DNA of 64,000 nucleotides from Clostridia bacterium (GTDB lineage Bacteria; Bacillota; Clostridia; Oscillospirales; CAG-272): NCBI GenBank assembly GCA_017462385.1, contig JAFTRE010000023.1, positions 6,265 to 70,264 of the forward strand, read 5' to 3'. Shown piece by piece: positions 28,715 to 38,998 of this stretch (position 1 is its first letter; each line of letters starts with the position of its first letter). The notes under the pieces were generated by a model. It saw only the letters and a program-made list of their open reading frames with translations, ran no database searches and was not told where the DNA came from. The position numbers and the translations under genes were made by a program.

Positions 28715-29368
28715 ATGTTCAGATCTCTTCGGGAATTTATACGCTCGATCAAGGCGCGCGATCCCGCCGCCAAAAACGGCGCTCAGATAATACTACTGTA
28801 TTCGGGTGTTCACGCGCTCATACATTACCGCGTCGCACACTTTTTCTATAAGATACATTGGTATTTTATCGCCCGCTGGATATCCCAGTGCGGCAGATTC
28901 TGGACGGGTATCGAGATACATCCGGGTGCTACGATAGGAAAATGCCTGTTTATCGATCATGGGATGGGCGTTGTTATCGGCGAGACCGCCGAAATCGGCG
29001 ACTATTGCACCATTTATCAGGGCGCGACGCTGGGCGGCACGGGTAAGGATGTCGGTAAGCGTCACCCGACGCTGGGTAATCACGTCATGGTCGGAGCGGG
29101 CGCAAAAATACTCGGTCCCTTCAAGGTCGGAGACAACGCCAAGATCGCTTCGGGCGCGGTTGTGCTCAGCGCGGTGCCCGAGAATACAACGGCGGTCGGT
29201 ATCCCTGCCAGAATAGTTTACAAAAAGGGCGCCGCGCCACGTCAGGAGATGGACCAGGTGCATATGCCTGACCCTGTGTCGCAGGAGCTTTGCAAGCTTG
29301 GCGCACGGCTTGATGCTCTTCAAAAAGAGCTCGACACACTAAAAGGAATTCAACAAGATGAAGAGTAA
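28715..29368 (+). CDS. cysE: Serine O-acetyltransferase
   Basis: Motifs RDPAA, TGIEIHPGA, FIDHGMGVVIGET, TLGGTGK..GKRHP. Confidence 0.95.
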   Translation: MFRSLREFIRSIKARDPAAKNGAQIILLYSGVHALIHYRVAHFFYKIHWYFIARWISQCGRFWTGIEIHPGATIGKCLFIDHGMGVVIGETAEIGDYCTIYQGATLGGTGKDVGKRHPTLGNHVMVGAGAKILGPFKVGDNAKIASGAVVLSAVPENTTAVGIPARIVYKKGAAPRQEMDQVHMPDPVSQELCKLGARLDALQKELDTLKGIQQDEE

Positions 29369-29505
29369 AGTGATATTGTCGGGCACGATTTTTGAATAAT
29401 TTTACAAACCCGACGATGTCTTCGACGGGTTTGTGTTGTTTTCGACACAAAGCTTGTGATAATATATAATAGCCGAGAGGCTTTAAACCTGTGGAGGAAT
29501 ACCTC

Positions 29506-30006
29506 ATGTTAAGACCTGTGGAAATAAGTAAATTTACAAACGCCGTCGAGCGTATCGGCAAGGACTGGATGCTCATCACTGCCGCGGCGGACGGCAAGGT
29601 AAACACCATGACAGCAAGCTGGGGCTGCGTGGGCGAGCTTTGGAATAAGCCCGTGGCGATATGCTTTATACGCCCTCAGAGATATACTTATGAGTTTACC
29701 GAGAAGTCGGATAAACTGTCATTGTCGTTTTTCGGCAAGGATATGAGAGGGGCGCTTGCCCTTTGCGGCAGGGAAAGCGGCAGAGATACAGATAAATTTG
29801 CTGCTACGGGATTGAATGTCGCATACTGTGACGATACTCCGTATATTGCCGAGGCGCATGATGTTCTTATTTGCCGCAAGCTTTATGCAGACGATCTGCG
29901 TGAGGACAGCTTTATCGATCGCAAGCTGCTTGAGCATTATCCCATAAAGGATTATCATAGAGTATATGTATGCGAGATAGAGAAGGTTTTGTCCGACGCG
30001 GAGTAA
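29506..30006 (+). CDS. Flavin reductase-like protein
   Basis: Motifs WMLITA, NTMTASWG, IRPQRYT, CG..SGRD.DK, DYH. Confidence 0.88.
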   Translation: MLRPVEISKFTNAVERIGKDWMLITAAADGKVNTMTASWGCVGELWNKPVAICFIRPQRYTYEFTEKSDKLSLSFFGKDMRGALALCGRESGRDTDKFAATGLNVAYCDDTPYIAEAHDVLICRKLYADDLREDSFIDRKLLEHYPIKDYHRVYVCEIEKVLSDAE

Positions 30007-30060
30007 AATTTTAAATGTGTGAGGCAGAGCCTCGCAATAAATTCAGAAAGGGTGATTGTC

Positions 30061-31281
30061 ATGGAACAGTATGAAGATATCCGTATGCGATGCGATGCCG
30101 CAAGAGCGGCGGCGCGGCGCGCCGCCGAAGCGTCGGCAAGATCGAGAGGTGCGGCGATCAAGGCGATAGCTGACAGACTGCTGTCCGACAGCGAGCTGAT
30201 ACTCGATGCCAACCGCCACGATATCGAGGCGGCGCAGGGACAGCTTGCAGAGCATATGATAGAGCGACTGCACCTTGACGAGACCAGAATAGGTAATTTG
30301 TGCGACGAGCTGTTAGCGCTCGCCGCCGCGCCCGACCCACTGGGAATGGGAACATTCGGTACCCGTCCGTCGGGGCTTGAGATAGCACGACGACGTGTGC
30401 CACTCGGCGCGATAGCATTTGTTTACGACTGTCGACCCGAGCTTGCCGTGCGTGCGGTCGCCATGTGCATCAAAACGGCAAATGCCGCGATAATCTCACC
30501 ATCTTATGCGAGTGTGAATACCGACGCGGCGCTGGTCGATATTATGTGCGATGCCCTGGAGGGCAGTGCGTATCCTCACGATGCTGTGTGTTATATCGAT
30601 CCGACGCTTGCGGATGTTCCCGAAATGCTCGGACGCATGCGGGGCTCTGTCGATCTCATAGTTTGCGGCGGCGAACGGGGACTGCGAGATAAGCTTGCAG
30701 AGGGGACAGTGCCTGTTATGATGGCGGGAAATGGCATAAGCCACATATATATTGACGAGAGCTGTGATGTTCAGGCGGCAGTGAAAGCAACGGTGCGCTC
30801 AATATATCCGCGCAATGTCGAGACGAGTGGATCGGTGGTGGTATTGGTACACAAACGCGCGGCACAGGACTATCTCGGCGCTATGTACCGCAGTATGCAG
30901 CCCTACCATCCCGAATATCGCGCCTGCCCTGCATCCCGCGAATATTTGAGCGAAGCAATACCCGCTGTGCGGGATGACTGGTCAGCACAGCACGAGAATA
31001 CTTCAAACACGATAGCAGTGCGGGTGGTAGAATCGATGGATGAGGCGATAGCGCATATCAACACCTACGGTACGGCGCATGCCGACGCCATTATGACAAC
31101 TCATATGGGGCGTTCGAAAAAATTTGTACGCGAGGTAGACAGTACGACGGTCTGCGTCAATGCCGCGCTTAAAATGTCGGATACCGTGGGAGCCGGAGGT
31201 ATACTTGCCGGCGTCGAGCTTGAAGCGCTCACGGGAGAAAAATGCATTATCAGCGGCGATGTTGCCGTGACAGATAAATAA
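30061..31281 (+). CDS. Divergent gamma-glutamyl phosphate reductase (ProA) paralog lacking the catalytic Cys
   Basis: Aligns along its length to ProA at 56405-57643 (RVPLG.I..VY..RP, HIN.YGT.H), but RPSVCNA is replaced by RNVETSG. Confidence 0.8.
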   Translation: MEQYEDIRMRCDAARAAARRAAEASARSRGAAIKAIADRLLSDSELILDANRHDIEAAQGQLAEHMIERLHLDETRIGNLCDELLALAAAPDPLGMGTFGTRPSGLEIARRRVPLGAIAFVYDCRPELAVRAVAMCIKTANAAIISPSYASVNTDAALVDIMCDALEGSAYPHDAVCYIDPTLADVPEMLGRMRGSVDLIVCGGERGLRDKLAEGTVPVMMAGNGISHIYIDESCDVQAAVKATVRSIYPRNVETSGSVVVLVHKRAAQDYLGAMYRSMQPYHPEYRACPASREYLSEAIPAVRDDWSAQHENTSNTIAVRVVESMDEAIAHINTYGTAHADAIMTTHMGRSKKFVREVDSTTVCVNAALKMSDTVGAGGILAGVELEALTGEKCIISGDVAVTDK

Positions 31282-31411
31282 AGGCGCGGTTTTCCGCGCC
31301 TTCGTTTTTGATAAAAATCGAGCTGAGGACGATAAAATATAAATTAAATGTTGACATTGACTTCAAAATGTATTAAAATAATTATATATCGCTATAAATC
31401 AGGTGAAAAAT

Positions 31412-32299
31412 ATGTTTAACAGTATGACCGCTTTCGGTCGTTGCCGCCGCAATGAGGAGGGCAGGGATATTACGGTCGAGCTCCGCTCGGTAAATAACCG
31501 CTATCTCGATTGCTCCGTTCGACTGCCGCGCAGTTATTCGGCGCTGGAGGAAAGAATAAAGCCCTATCTTCAGTCAAGGGGTATATCCCGCGGCAAAGTT
31601 GATGTTTATATAGGCGTTGAGGTCACCGAGAGTGACGACGGCGCAATAATGCTGGATACCGGCTATGCCGCAGGCTATATAGCCGCGCTTCGTCAGCTTC
31701 GCGACACTTTTTCGCTGACGGATGATATCAGCGTTATGAGCGTGGCTCAAAACCGAGAGCTGTTTCGGGTGCAGAAGCCCGAGGATGACATCGAGGGCGA
31801 CTGGCAGAGAATACTTCCCGTGCTTGACAGCGCGCTGGACGCTTTTCTTGCAGCTCGCGGCAATGAGGGCGCACGGCTTCATGCCGATATCGCCCGCAAA
31901 ATAGAAAATATAAAACGCAATGTTGACAGAATTTCCCAGATGTCCCGCGCGGATATCGAGGGATATCGCGACAAGATCGAGGAGCGTATACGCGAAATAC
32001 TTTCGGATAACCGCATAACCGTTGATGAAAACAGATTGCTCACCGAGTGCGCCATCGCCGCAGACAGACTTGCCATTGACGAGGAGCTGGTCAGATTGCT
32101 TTCTCATTTTGATACCTTCCGCGATATTGCCGAATCGAGCGAGCCTGCGGGACGCAAGCTGGACTTTTTGCTTCAGGAAATGAACCGCGAGGTCAACACG
32201 GTCGGCTCAAAATGCCAGAATGCGGCGATCGCCAAGCTTGTGGTCGATTGTAAGAGCGAGCTGGAAAAAATACGCGAGCAGATACAGAACATAGAGTAA
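31412..32299 (+). CDS. yicC: YicC/YloC family endoribonuclease
   Basis: Motifs SMTAFGR, RSVNNRYL, RGKV, IDEELVRL, GRKLDFLLQEMNREVNTVGSK, EQIQNIE. Confidence 0.95.
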   Translation: MFNSMTAFGRCRRNEEGRDITVELRSVNNRYLDCSVRLPRSYSALEERIKPYLQSRGISRGKVDVYIGVEVTESDDGAIMLDTGYAAGYIAALRQLRDTFSLTDDISVMSVAQNRELFRVQKPEDDIEGDWQRILPVLDSALDAFLAARGNEGARLHADIARKIENIKRNVDRISQMSRADIEGYRDKIEERIREILSDNRITVDENRLLTECAIAADRLAIDEELVRLLSHFDTFRDIAESSEPAGRKLDFLLQEMNREVNTVGSKCQNAAIAKLVVDCKSELEKIREQIQNIE

Positions 32300-32308
32300 G
32301 GTGCAAAA

Positions 32309-32563
32309 ATGAAATTTATAAACGCAGGATATTCAAACCTTATCGCAGGGGAGCGCATAGTCCTCATAGCGGCGCCCGACTCGGCGCCTGTCAAGCGACT
32401 GATGCAGGACGCCAAGGATGACGGCCGCGCCATTGATCTGACCTGCGGAAAGAAAACAAAGTCGGTAATACTTACCGATACCGAGCACGTCATACTCTCG
32501 GCACTTCCGCCCGAAAAGATCGCGGGGCGCGCAGAGGACGCCGAGGACGCGCAATCCGAATAA
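32309..32563 (+). CDS. remA: RemA/DUF370 family regulator
   Basis: Motifs INAGYSN, SAPVKRL, IDLTCG.KT.SVI..D..HVILSAL; follows yloC as usual. Confidence 0.88.
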   Translation: MKFINAGYSNLIAGERIVLIAAPDSAPVKRLMQDAKDDGRAIDLTCGKKTKSVILTDTEHVILSALPPEKIAGRAEDAEDAQSE

Positions 32564-32605
32564 AAGTAAAAAATAAAATCAACATAAATCGTCAAGGAGA
32601 TAATT

Positions 32606-32929
32606 ATGCTTTATCCAACAATCGGAGAACTTACAAAAGACAAATTCAACCGTTACGAGCTGGCGCTTGCCACCGCAAAATGCGCACGTCTTATTACCGA
32701 TGAATACGTAAGACAGAGAGAGTTTGCTGAGAAGTCCATGACCGGCAACAAGGATACTGACAAGCCGCTGATGGCTATGATAGACAAGGAATACCGCGAT
32801 GAAAAGGCGGTCAAGACGGCCATCAATCGCATACATTGCGGAGAGTATGTTATAGTCGAGCGCGATCCGTCCGAAGAGGATGAGATCGTCGAGGGTACTG
32901 AGACCGAGGCAGAGGACGAGATCAACTAA
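32606..32929 (+). CDS. rpoZ: RNA polymerase omega subunit
   Basis: MLYPTIGEL..NRYELALATAKCAR..KAVKTAI; conserved position before priA. Confidence 0.85.
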   Translation: MLYPTIGELTKDKFNRYELALATAKCARLITDEYVRQREFAEKSMTGNKDTDKPLMAMIDKEYRDEKAVKTAINRIHCGEYVIVERDPSEEDEIVEGTETEAEDEIN

Positions 32930-32949
32930 TATCCCGAAAGGAGACAGTC

Positions 32950-35433
32950 ATGGCATACGAATATGCCAAGGTATGTCTGACCGATGACATACCCTATCCA
33001 CTTGACCGGGAGTTCGATTATTATATTCCAGCACAAATGCGTTCCGGTGTCACCCGGGGCGCTTTTGTTACCGTGCCGTTTGGCAGGGGCAATCGCCGCA
33101 GACTGGCGCTTGTGATAGACGTTTGCGAGAGCTCTGATACCCCCGCGGACAAAATTAAGCCTATAGATTCGCTGTGTCCCGAGTCCATGAGGCTCGGCGA
33201 GGAGCTGCTGGGGCTGTGCCGCTATCTCAAGGAACAGACGCTGTGTACCATAGGCGATGCTGTGCACGCCATGATACCCGCCGCGGCAATGTCAAGGCTG
33301 GCGGAGTATTATCTGCCCGCGACAGGCGAGCATGATGTCGCCGCGCTCGGCAAGGGACGGGAGAGAGACGTGCTTGAATATATAATCGACCACGGCAAGG
33401 TGAGCGAGGCGTCACTGACGGCAAAATTCGGCCCGCGCGTTTATGACTCTGTAAAAAAACTGATGCATGGCGGTTATGTCGAGCGGGGAATAGATATAAA
33501 AGAGGGCGTGCGCGAGGTGTTTCGCGAGCATTATTCGCTCGATATCGACGCCGACACCGCCCGCGCCGCGCTGGAAAAGCAAAAGGGCGCGCCCGCGCTT
33601 CGCAGTGAAACACAGAGACAAGTGGTTGAACAGCTGCTGGGCGGCGAGTGCGACATTGAGGCACTGATGCAGGCGACGGGCGCAAACCGTCAACAGCTTC
33701 GCACACTGCTTGACCGAAAAATAATAAAAGTGCGCCGAGAGAGTGTTTACCGTCAGCCCTATTCGACCGTAGAGCAGAGCGAGCGCCGTGAGTACATACT
33801 CAACGACGAGCAGAGAGCGGCATACGAAAAGCTTTGCGAGCTGTCCCGCTCGGGAGAGGGCGCGGCGGCATTGCTTCACGGCGTTACGGGCAGCGGCAAG
33901 ACGTGCGTCATGGTTAAGCTGATAGATGAGGTTATCGCCTCGGGCAGGTCTGTCATATTGCTTTTGCCCGAGATAGCATTAACTCCTCAGTCGGTGGCCA
34001 TTTTCTGCGCAAGATACGGCGACCGCGTCGCGGTCATACATTCGTCGCTGTCGGCGGGTGAGCGGCTGGACGCTTACAATAAAATTCGCCGCGGAGATGC
34101 CGATGTCGTGGTCGGCACACGCTCAGCAGTGTTCTCGCCCGTCCGTAATCTCGGACTAATAATCATTGACGAGGAGCAGGAGCACACATATAAGTCCGAT
34201 TCCGACCCAAAATACCACGCCCGCGACGTGGCCCGTTACCGCTGTGCGCATGAGAGAGCATTGCTTCTGTTGTGCTCGGCGACACCGTCGGTGGAGAGCT
34301 ATCAAAAGGCGATTGAGGGTAAATATACACTTTTAAAGCTCAAAAAACGCTACGGCGGCGCGCCGTTGCCCTCGGTTCGGCTTGCCGATATGCGCGAGGA
34401 GGCGCAGGCGGGCAATGTTGACCCACTTGGTTCGCTTTTGGCCGAAGAGCTTAAAAATACCGTTGGAGAGGGACGGCAGGCGGTGCTGTTTCTCAATCGC
34501 CGCGGGTATAATAATTTTGTGTCCTGCCGCATATGCGGCGCGGCGATAAAATGTCCGCGGTGCAGTGTCGCCATGCATTATCACGCCAAGAGCGGTAATT
34601 ATGATGACGGCGTACTGGTCTGCCACTGGTGCGGACACCGCCAAAAACAGCCCGAAGCCTGCCCCGAATGCGGCTCGCCGCATCTGGTGCGCATGGGGTT
34701 TGGCACACAGCGGCTGGAGCGCGATATTTCCGACCTGCTTCCCGATGCCAAAGTGCTTCGCATGGACGCCGACACGACGGGAGAGAAGCAGGCATACGAC
34801 AAAATGCTGGGCGAGTTCCGCCGCCATGAGGCAGACATACTGCTCGGCACGCAGATGGTGACAAAGGGACACGATTTCCCGGATGTTTCACTTGTGGGCG
34901 TTTTGCTCGCCGACGCATCGCTGTATCTTGACGATTACCGCGCAAATGAGCGCACATTTGCCATGCTGACGCAGGTCGTCGGCCGCGCGGGCAGGCGGGA
35001 TATACCGGGAGCCGCCGTGATACAGACCAATAATCCTGACAATGATGTTATCCGTCTTGCCTGTGAGCAGGACTATGAAAGCTTTTTTGAAAACGAAATA
35101 AGATTGCGCCGCTTGCTGGTGTTTCCGCCGTTCTGCGATATAGCTCTGCTGACGCTTACCTCGTCGGACGAAAAGGAGCTCATGATGGGCTCGTCGCGCC
35201 TGGCTCAAAGCCTTGCAGACCTGCTCGCCACCAAGTATTCGGATGTTCCGACGGTCGTGTTCGGGCCTATGGAGGCGCCCGTTTACCGCGTGGACGGCAA
35301 ATACCGCGTTCGCATGGTCATCAAATGCCGGCTTAACAAGCGCTCACGCGCGCTGTTCTCCGAGCTTTTGATGACACATACCGACTCGCACCTCCCGACA
35401 TTGAGCATAGATTTCAACCCCTCGGGGCTGTAA
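32950..35433 (+). CDS. priA: Primosomal protein N' (replication restart helicase)
   Basis: Motifs GVTGSGKT, PEIALT, DEEQE, SATPS, LNRRGY, four CxxC, MDAD, KGHDFP, GRAGR. Confidence 0.97.
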   Translation: MAYEYAKVCLTDDIPYPLDREFDYYIPAQMRSGVTRGAFVTVPFGRGNRRRLALVIDVCESSDTPADKIKPIDSLCPESMRLGEELLGLCRYLKEQTLCTIGDAVHAMIPAAAMSRLAEYYLPATGEHDVAALGKGRERDVLEYIIDHGKVSEASLTAKFGPRVYDSVKKLMHGGYVERGIDIKEGVREVFREHYSLDIDADTARAALEKQKGAPALRSETQRQVVEQLLGGECDIEALMQATGANRQQLRTLLDRKIIKVRRESVYRQPYSTVEQSERREYILNDEQRAAYEKLCELSRSGEGAAALLHGVTGSGKTCVMVKLIDEVIASGRSVILLLPEIALTPQSVAIFCARYGDRVAVIHSSLSAGERLDAYNKIRRGDADVVVGTRSAVFSPVRNLGLIIIDEEQEHTYKSDSDPKYHARDVARYRCAHERALLLLCSATPSVESYQKAIEGKYTLLKLKKRYGGAPLPSVRLADMREEAQAGNVDPLGSLLAEELKNTVGEGRQAVLFLNRRGYNNFVSCRICGAAIKCPRCSVAMHYHAKSGNYDDGVLVCHWCGHRQKQPEACPECGSPHLVRMGFGTQRLERDISDLLPDAKVLRMDADTTGEKQAYDKMLGEFRRHEADILLGTQMVTKGHDFPDVSLVGVLLADASLYLDDYRANERTFAMLTQVVGRAGRRDIPGAAVIQTNNPDNDVIRLACEQDYESFFENEIRLRRLLVFPPFCDIALLTLTSSDEKELMMGSSRLAQSLADLLATKYSDVPTVVFGPMEAPVYRVDGKYRVRMVIKCRLNKRSRALFSELLMTHTDSHLPTLSIDFNPSGL

Positions 35434-35436
35434 TAG

Positions 35437-35535
35437 TCGATATATTCGCCGTGGCGGCGAATTCGATATATTTGGTACAAGCACCAAATTCGATATGCTT
35501 GCCTGCGGCAAGCTCGATATGTTGCCCTCGGCAAC
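35437..35535. repeat. Hairpin-ladder element E (single arm, 4 TCGATAT units)
   Basis: TCGATAT at 35437, 35463, 35490, 35514, each followed by a hairpin; between priA and def. Confidence 0.88.
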
Positions 35536-35564
35536 AAGATTGGAATAGAGAAAGGAATAAAACA

Positions 35565-36029
35565 ATGGCTAAACTGAAAATACTTAAAAAGAACTCGCCG
35601 GGGCTGAGGTGTCCGTGCCGCCCCGTTACCGAGATAACACCGCGCATTCTGACACTGCTTGACGATATGGCGGAGACCATGTACGACGCCGACGGTTGCG
35701 GACTTGCCGCGCCGCAGGTGGGCGTGCTTCGCCGCGTGGTGGTCATTGACGTCGGTGAGGGCCTCATGGAATTGATAAATCCCGAGATCATCGCCGCCGA
35801 GGGCGAGCAGTGCGAAAGCGAGGGCTGTCTGTCGGTGCCGGGCGAATGGGGAATTACCAGACGTCCCGCTAAGGTAACCGTCCGCGCGCAGGACAGAAAC
35901 GGAAACTGGTTTGAGAAAACGGGGGAGGGACTGCTTGCGCGGTGCTTCTGCCATGAGCTTGACCACCTTGACGGCAAGCTGTTCATTGATCCGGGTATAA
36001 TGATAGAAAGATTGGAGCCCGCAAAATGA
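35565..36029 (+). CDS. def: Peptide deformylase
   Basis: Motifs GCGLAAPQ, EGCLS, HELDH; AAAGGA RBS before MAKLK. Confidence 0.96.
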   Translation: MAKLKILKKNSPGLRCPCRPVTEITPRILTLLDDMAETMYDADGCGLAAPQVGVLRRVVVIDVGEGLMELINPEIIAAEGEQCESEGCLSVPGEWGITRRPAKVTVRAQDRNGNWFEKTGEGLLARCFCHELDHLDGKLFIDPGIMIERLEPAK

Positions 36030-36955
36030 GAATACTTTTCATGGGCACTCCCGATTTCGCACTTTTCTCGCTTCGCGCGCTTGTCGAAGCGGGAGAGCAG
36101 GTCATCGGCGTCGTAACTCAGCCCGATAAGCCCAAAGGACGCGGTTATACATTAACGCCGCCGCCCGTCAAGGTCTACGCGAGCGAGCGGGGCATACCCG
36201 TATATCAGCCCGAAAAGGTAAAGGACGGCAGCTTTGACGGGACACTGCGCGAGCTCGCTCCCGATGTTTGCGTGGTCGCCGCTTACGGCAAGCTGTTGCC
36301 CGAAAGCATTCTGACCATACCGAAATACGGCTGTATCAATATCCACGGCTCGCTTTTGCCCGAATATCGCGGCGCCGCGCCTATGCAACGCGCCATTATA
36401 GACGGCAAAAAGATGACGGGTGTCACCATTCAGCAAATGGCTTTGGGTATGGATACCGGAGATATTTTGTTTATGCGCGAGACCGAGATCGGCGAAAACG
36501 ACAATTTCGAGGATATTCACGATCGCCTGGGCGTGCTTGGTGCCGAGGCTCTGCTTGAAACGCTGAAATTGCTCCGCGAGGGCAAGCTTGACCCCGTCAA
36601 GCAGGACGAAAGTCTTGCCACCTACGCCGCAAAGATTGAAAAAGCCGATTGTGTTCTGGACTTTTCGCGCCCCGCTCGCGAACTTCACAATCAGATCCGC
36701 GGTATGTCACCTTTTCCGCTGGCGTTTACAAGACTTCCGAGCGGAAGCATGCTCAAGGTCACATCCGCCGAGGTGGTTGCGGAGGACGGAGAGGGCCCGA
36801 CAGGGCAGGTCACCTCGCTGGACGGCGGCATCGTCGTGCAGTGCGGCAAGGGTAAGATACGCCTGACCGGGGTGCTGCCCGAGGGCAAGGGCAGAATGCC
36901 TGCCGCCGATTTTGTACGCGGACGCAAGGTCGCCGAGGGCGATATTTTAAAATAA
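36026..36955 (+). CDS. fmt: Methionyl-tRNA formyltransferase
   Basis: Motifs FMGTPDF, TQPDKPKGRG, NIHGSLLP.YRGAAP, MDTGD. Confidence 0.97.
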   Translation: MRILFMGTPDFALFSLRALVEAGEQVIGVVTQPDKPKGRGYTLTPPPVKVYASERGIPVYQPEKVKDGSFDGTLRELAPDVCVVAAYGKLLPESILTIPKYGCINIHGSLLPEYRGAAPMQRAIIDGKKMTGVTIQQMALGMDTGDILFMRETEIGENDNFEDIHDRLGVLGAEALLETLKLLREGKLDPVKQDESLATYAAKIEKADCVLDFSRPARELHNQIRGMSPFPLAFTRLPSGSMLKVTSAEVVAEDGEGPTGQVTSLDGGIVVQCGKGKIRLTGVLPEGKGRMPAADFVRGRKVAEGDILK

Positions 36956-36970
36956 ATTCAGGGAATTATT

Positions 36971-37681
36971 ATGTTATACACGCTTTATTACTATTCGTAT
37001 TGGCTGCTCATCCCCGCATTTCTTTTTGCGTTGTGGGCACAGATAAGAGTGCAGACCACTTTCAATAAAGCAAGCCGCTTTCACACGGGCATGACGGGCG
37101 CCGCCGCCGCGCGACGCATACTTGATTCAAACGGCTTGGCTCATGTGAGAATCGAGCGCGTTTCGGGACATCTGACCGATCACTACGACCCCCGCGCCAA
37201 TGTTATACGTCTTTCCGAGAATGTGTTTGATAACAATACCGCCGCGGCAGTGGGCGTTGCGGCGCATGAAGCGGGTCACGCCGTGCAGTACGCAACGGGC
37301 TATTCCGCCATAAGACTGCGCACAGCTATAATACCAATATGTCAGGTCGGCTCGTATGCCGCCATGCCGCTGTTTTTGATTGGCATACTGCTCAGCTCCG
37401 TCGGCACCTTCGGCGGCGATATCGGTTACGGCTTTATGCTGGCAGGTATACTGTTTTATTCGTTTGCAACACTGTTTCAGCTTGTGACACTGCCCGTTGA
37501 GTTCAACGCCAGCAACCGCGCCATGAAGGCGCTGGAGGGCGTGCACACCATGAGCGATGCCGAACTCGGTGAGTCACGGCGCGTGCTGAGTGCCGCTGCA
37601 ATGACGTATGTCGCCGCGCTGGTAACATCACTGCTCAGCCTGCTGAGACTTATACTCATCGCCTCAGGGCGCAGGAGATAA
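36971..37681 (+). CDS. Membrane zinc metallopeptidase (YugP-like)
   Basis: Motifs LTDHYDP, AAHEAGHA, TLPVEFNAS, AAAMTYVA. Confidence 0.92.
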   Translation: MLYTLYYYSYWLLIPAFLFALWAQIRVQTTFNKASRFHTGMTGAAAARRILDSNGLAHVRIERVSGHLTDHYDPRANVIRLSENVFDNNTAAAVGVAAHEAGHAVQYATGYSAIRLRTAIIPICQVGSYAAMPLFLIGILLSSVGTFGGDIGYGFMLAGILFYSFATLFQLVTLPVEFNASNRAMKALEGVHTMSDAELGESRRVLSAAAMTYVAALVTSLLSLLRLILIASGRRR

Positions 37682-37683
37682 AA

Positions 37684-38988
37684 ATGAACGTTCGAGAGAT
37701 CGCCCGGCGCACATTGCTTCGCATGAATGCGGCGGGCGGATATTCAAATCTGTCGCTTGACGCGGCGATAAAAAAATATGAAATGTCGCCGCGCGACCGC
37801 GCACTGCTGACACAGCTTGTCATGGGCGTGATCGAGCGGCAAACGACACTTGATTATTATATTTCGGCGCTGTCCAGCATGGATGATGCCAAGATCGAGC
37901 CCGAGGTGCGCATGATATTGCGGTTGGGGCTGTATCAGCTCATGTTTTGCGACCGCATACCCGCTCACGCGGCAGTGTCCGAGACTGTGTCGCTCGCGCC
38001 GCGCCGTGCGGCAGGCTTTGTAAACGCACTGCTTCGCAATTATTCGAGGCGCGGCGGGGAGGTCAAATTGCCCGACGCGGAAAGTGACCCTGTGGGTCAT
38101 ATTTCGGTCAAGTATTCGTTCCCGCGCTCTGTTTGCGAGCGATTTGTGTCGGAATACGGCGCGCAGCGCGCCGAAGCTATTTTTGCCGCCATGAACGAGC
38201 CGCCGCGGCTGACCTTGCGCGTTAATACCTGCCGCACAACGCGGGACAAGCTGATCGCACGGCTGTGTTCCGAGGGCATCGAGGCGCGTCCCACACCGCT
38301 GGCGAGTACGGGTATTGTATTACCCAGCGTGCCCGTGACACAGCTGCCCGGGTTTGAGACAGGTGACTTTACCGTGCAGGACGAGGCATCACAGCTTTGT
38401 ACCGCCGCGCTTGATGCGCGGGCGGGCATGAAAGTGATAGACGTTTGCTCCGCGCCCGGCTCCAAAAGCTTCGGCGCGGCGATGGATATGGGCAATGACG
38501 GCGAGATACTGGCTTTTGATCTGCACGAGAGCAAGCTGTCGTTGATACGCTCGGGCGCCGAGCGACTGGGGCTTGATATCATAACTGCCGATTGCGCCAA
38601 TGGCAGAGTGTTTGACGCTGCGCTTGCGGAATATGCCGACCGCGTCATTTGTGACGTGCCTTGCTCGGGGTACGGTGTCATGGCGAAAAAGCCCGAGATA
38701 CGGCACAAAGACCCCGCCGAGTCGGCGCGCCTGCCCGAAATACAGTACGACATACTCCAAAATTGCTCCAAATACGTAAAGCACGGCGGCGTGCTGGTCT
38801 ACTCCACCTGCACCTTGCTCCGCGCCGAAAACGATGAGATAATAGATAAATTTCTCGCCAACCACGCGGATTTTGCACTTGTGGGCTTTCATGCGGGCGA
38901 GCTGGATGTCCCTGAGGGACGCATAACGCTCGCGCCGGATACTCACTCCACCGACGGATTTTTTATAGCTAAACTGCAGCGTTGCTGA
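37684..38988 (+). CDS. rsmB: 16S rRNA m5C967 methyltransferase
   Basis: NusB-like N-terminus; VQDEAS, DVCSAPG, DVPCSG, YSTCT..EN, DGFF. Confidence 0.94.
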   Translation: MNVREIARRTLLRMNAAGGYSNLSLDAAIKKYEMSPRDRALLTQLVMGVIERQTTLDYYISALSSMDDAKIEPEVRMILRLGLYQLMFCDRIPAHAAVSETVSLAPRRAAGFVNALLRNYSRRGGEVKLPDAESDPVGHISVKYSFPRSVCERFVSEYGAQRAEAIFAAMNEPPRLTLRVNTCRTTRDKLIARLCSEGIEARPTPLASTGIVLPSVPVTQLPGFETGDFTVQDEASQLCTAALDARAGMKVIDVCSAPGSKSFGAAMDMGNDGEILAFDLHESKLSLIRSGAERLGLDIITADCANGRVFDAALAEYADRVICDVPCSGYGVMAKKPEIRHKDPAESARLPEIQYDILQNCSKYVKHGGVLVYSTCTLLRAENDEIIDKFLANHADFALVGFHAGELDVPEGRITLAPDTHSTDGFFIAKLQRC

Positions 38989-38998
38989 AAGGATATAC

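Noticed and set aside
29429-29453. GTTTGTGTTG-TTTT-CGACACAAAGC resembling the ladder leader hairpin
   Set aside because: Imperfect match, overlaps the cysE terminator, and no repeat array follows it.
35451-35564. Repetitive N-terminal extension of Def (NSIYL..NSICL..SSICC)
   Set aside because: It is the translation of repeat E; the real start with an RBS is 35565.
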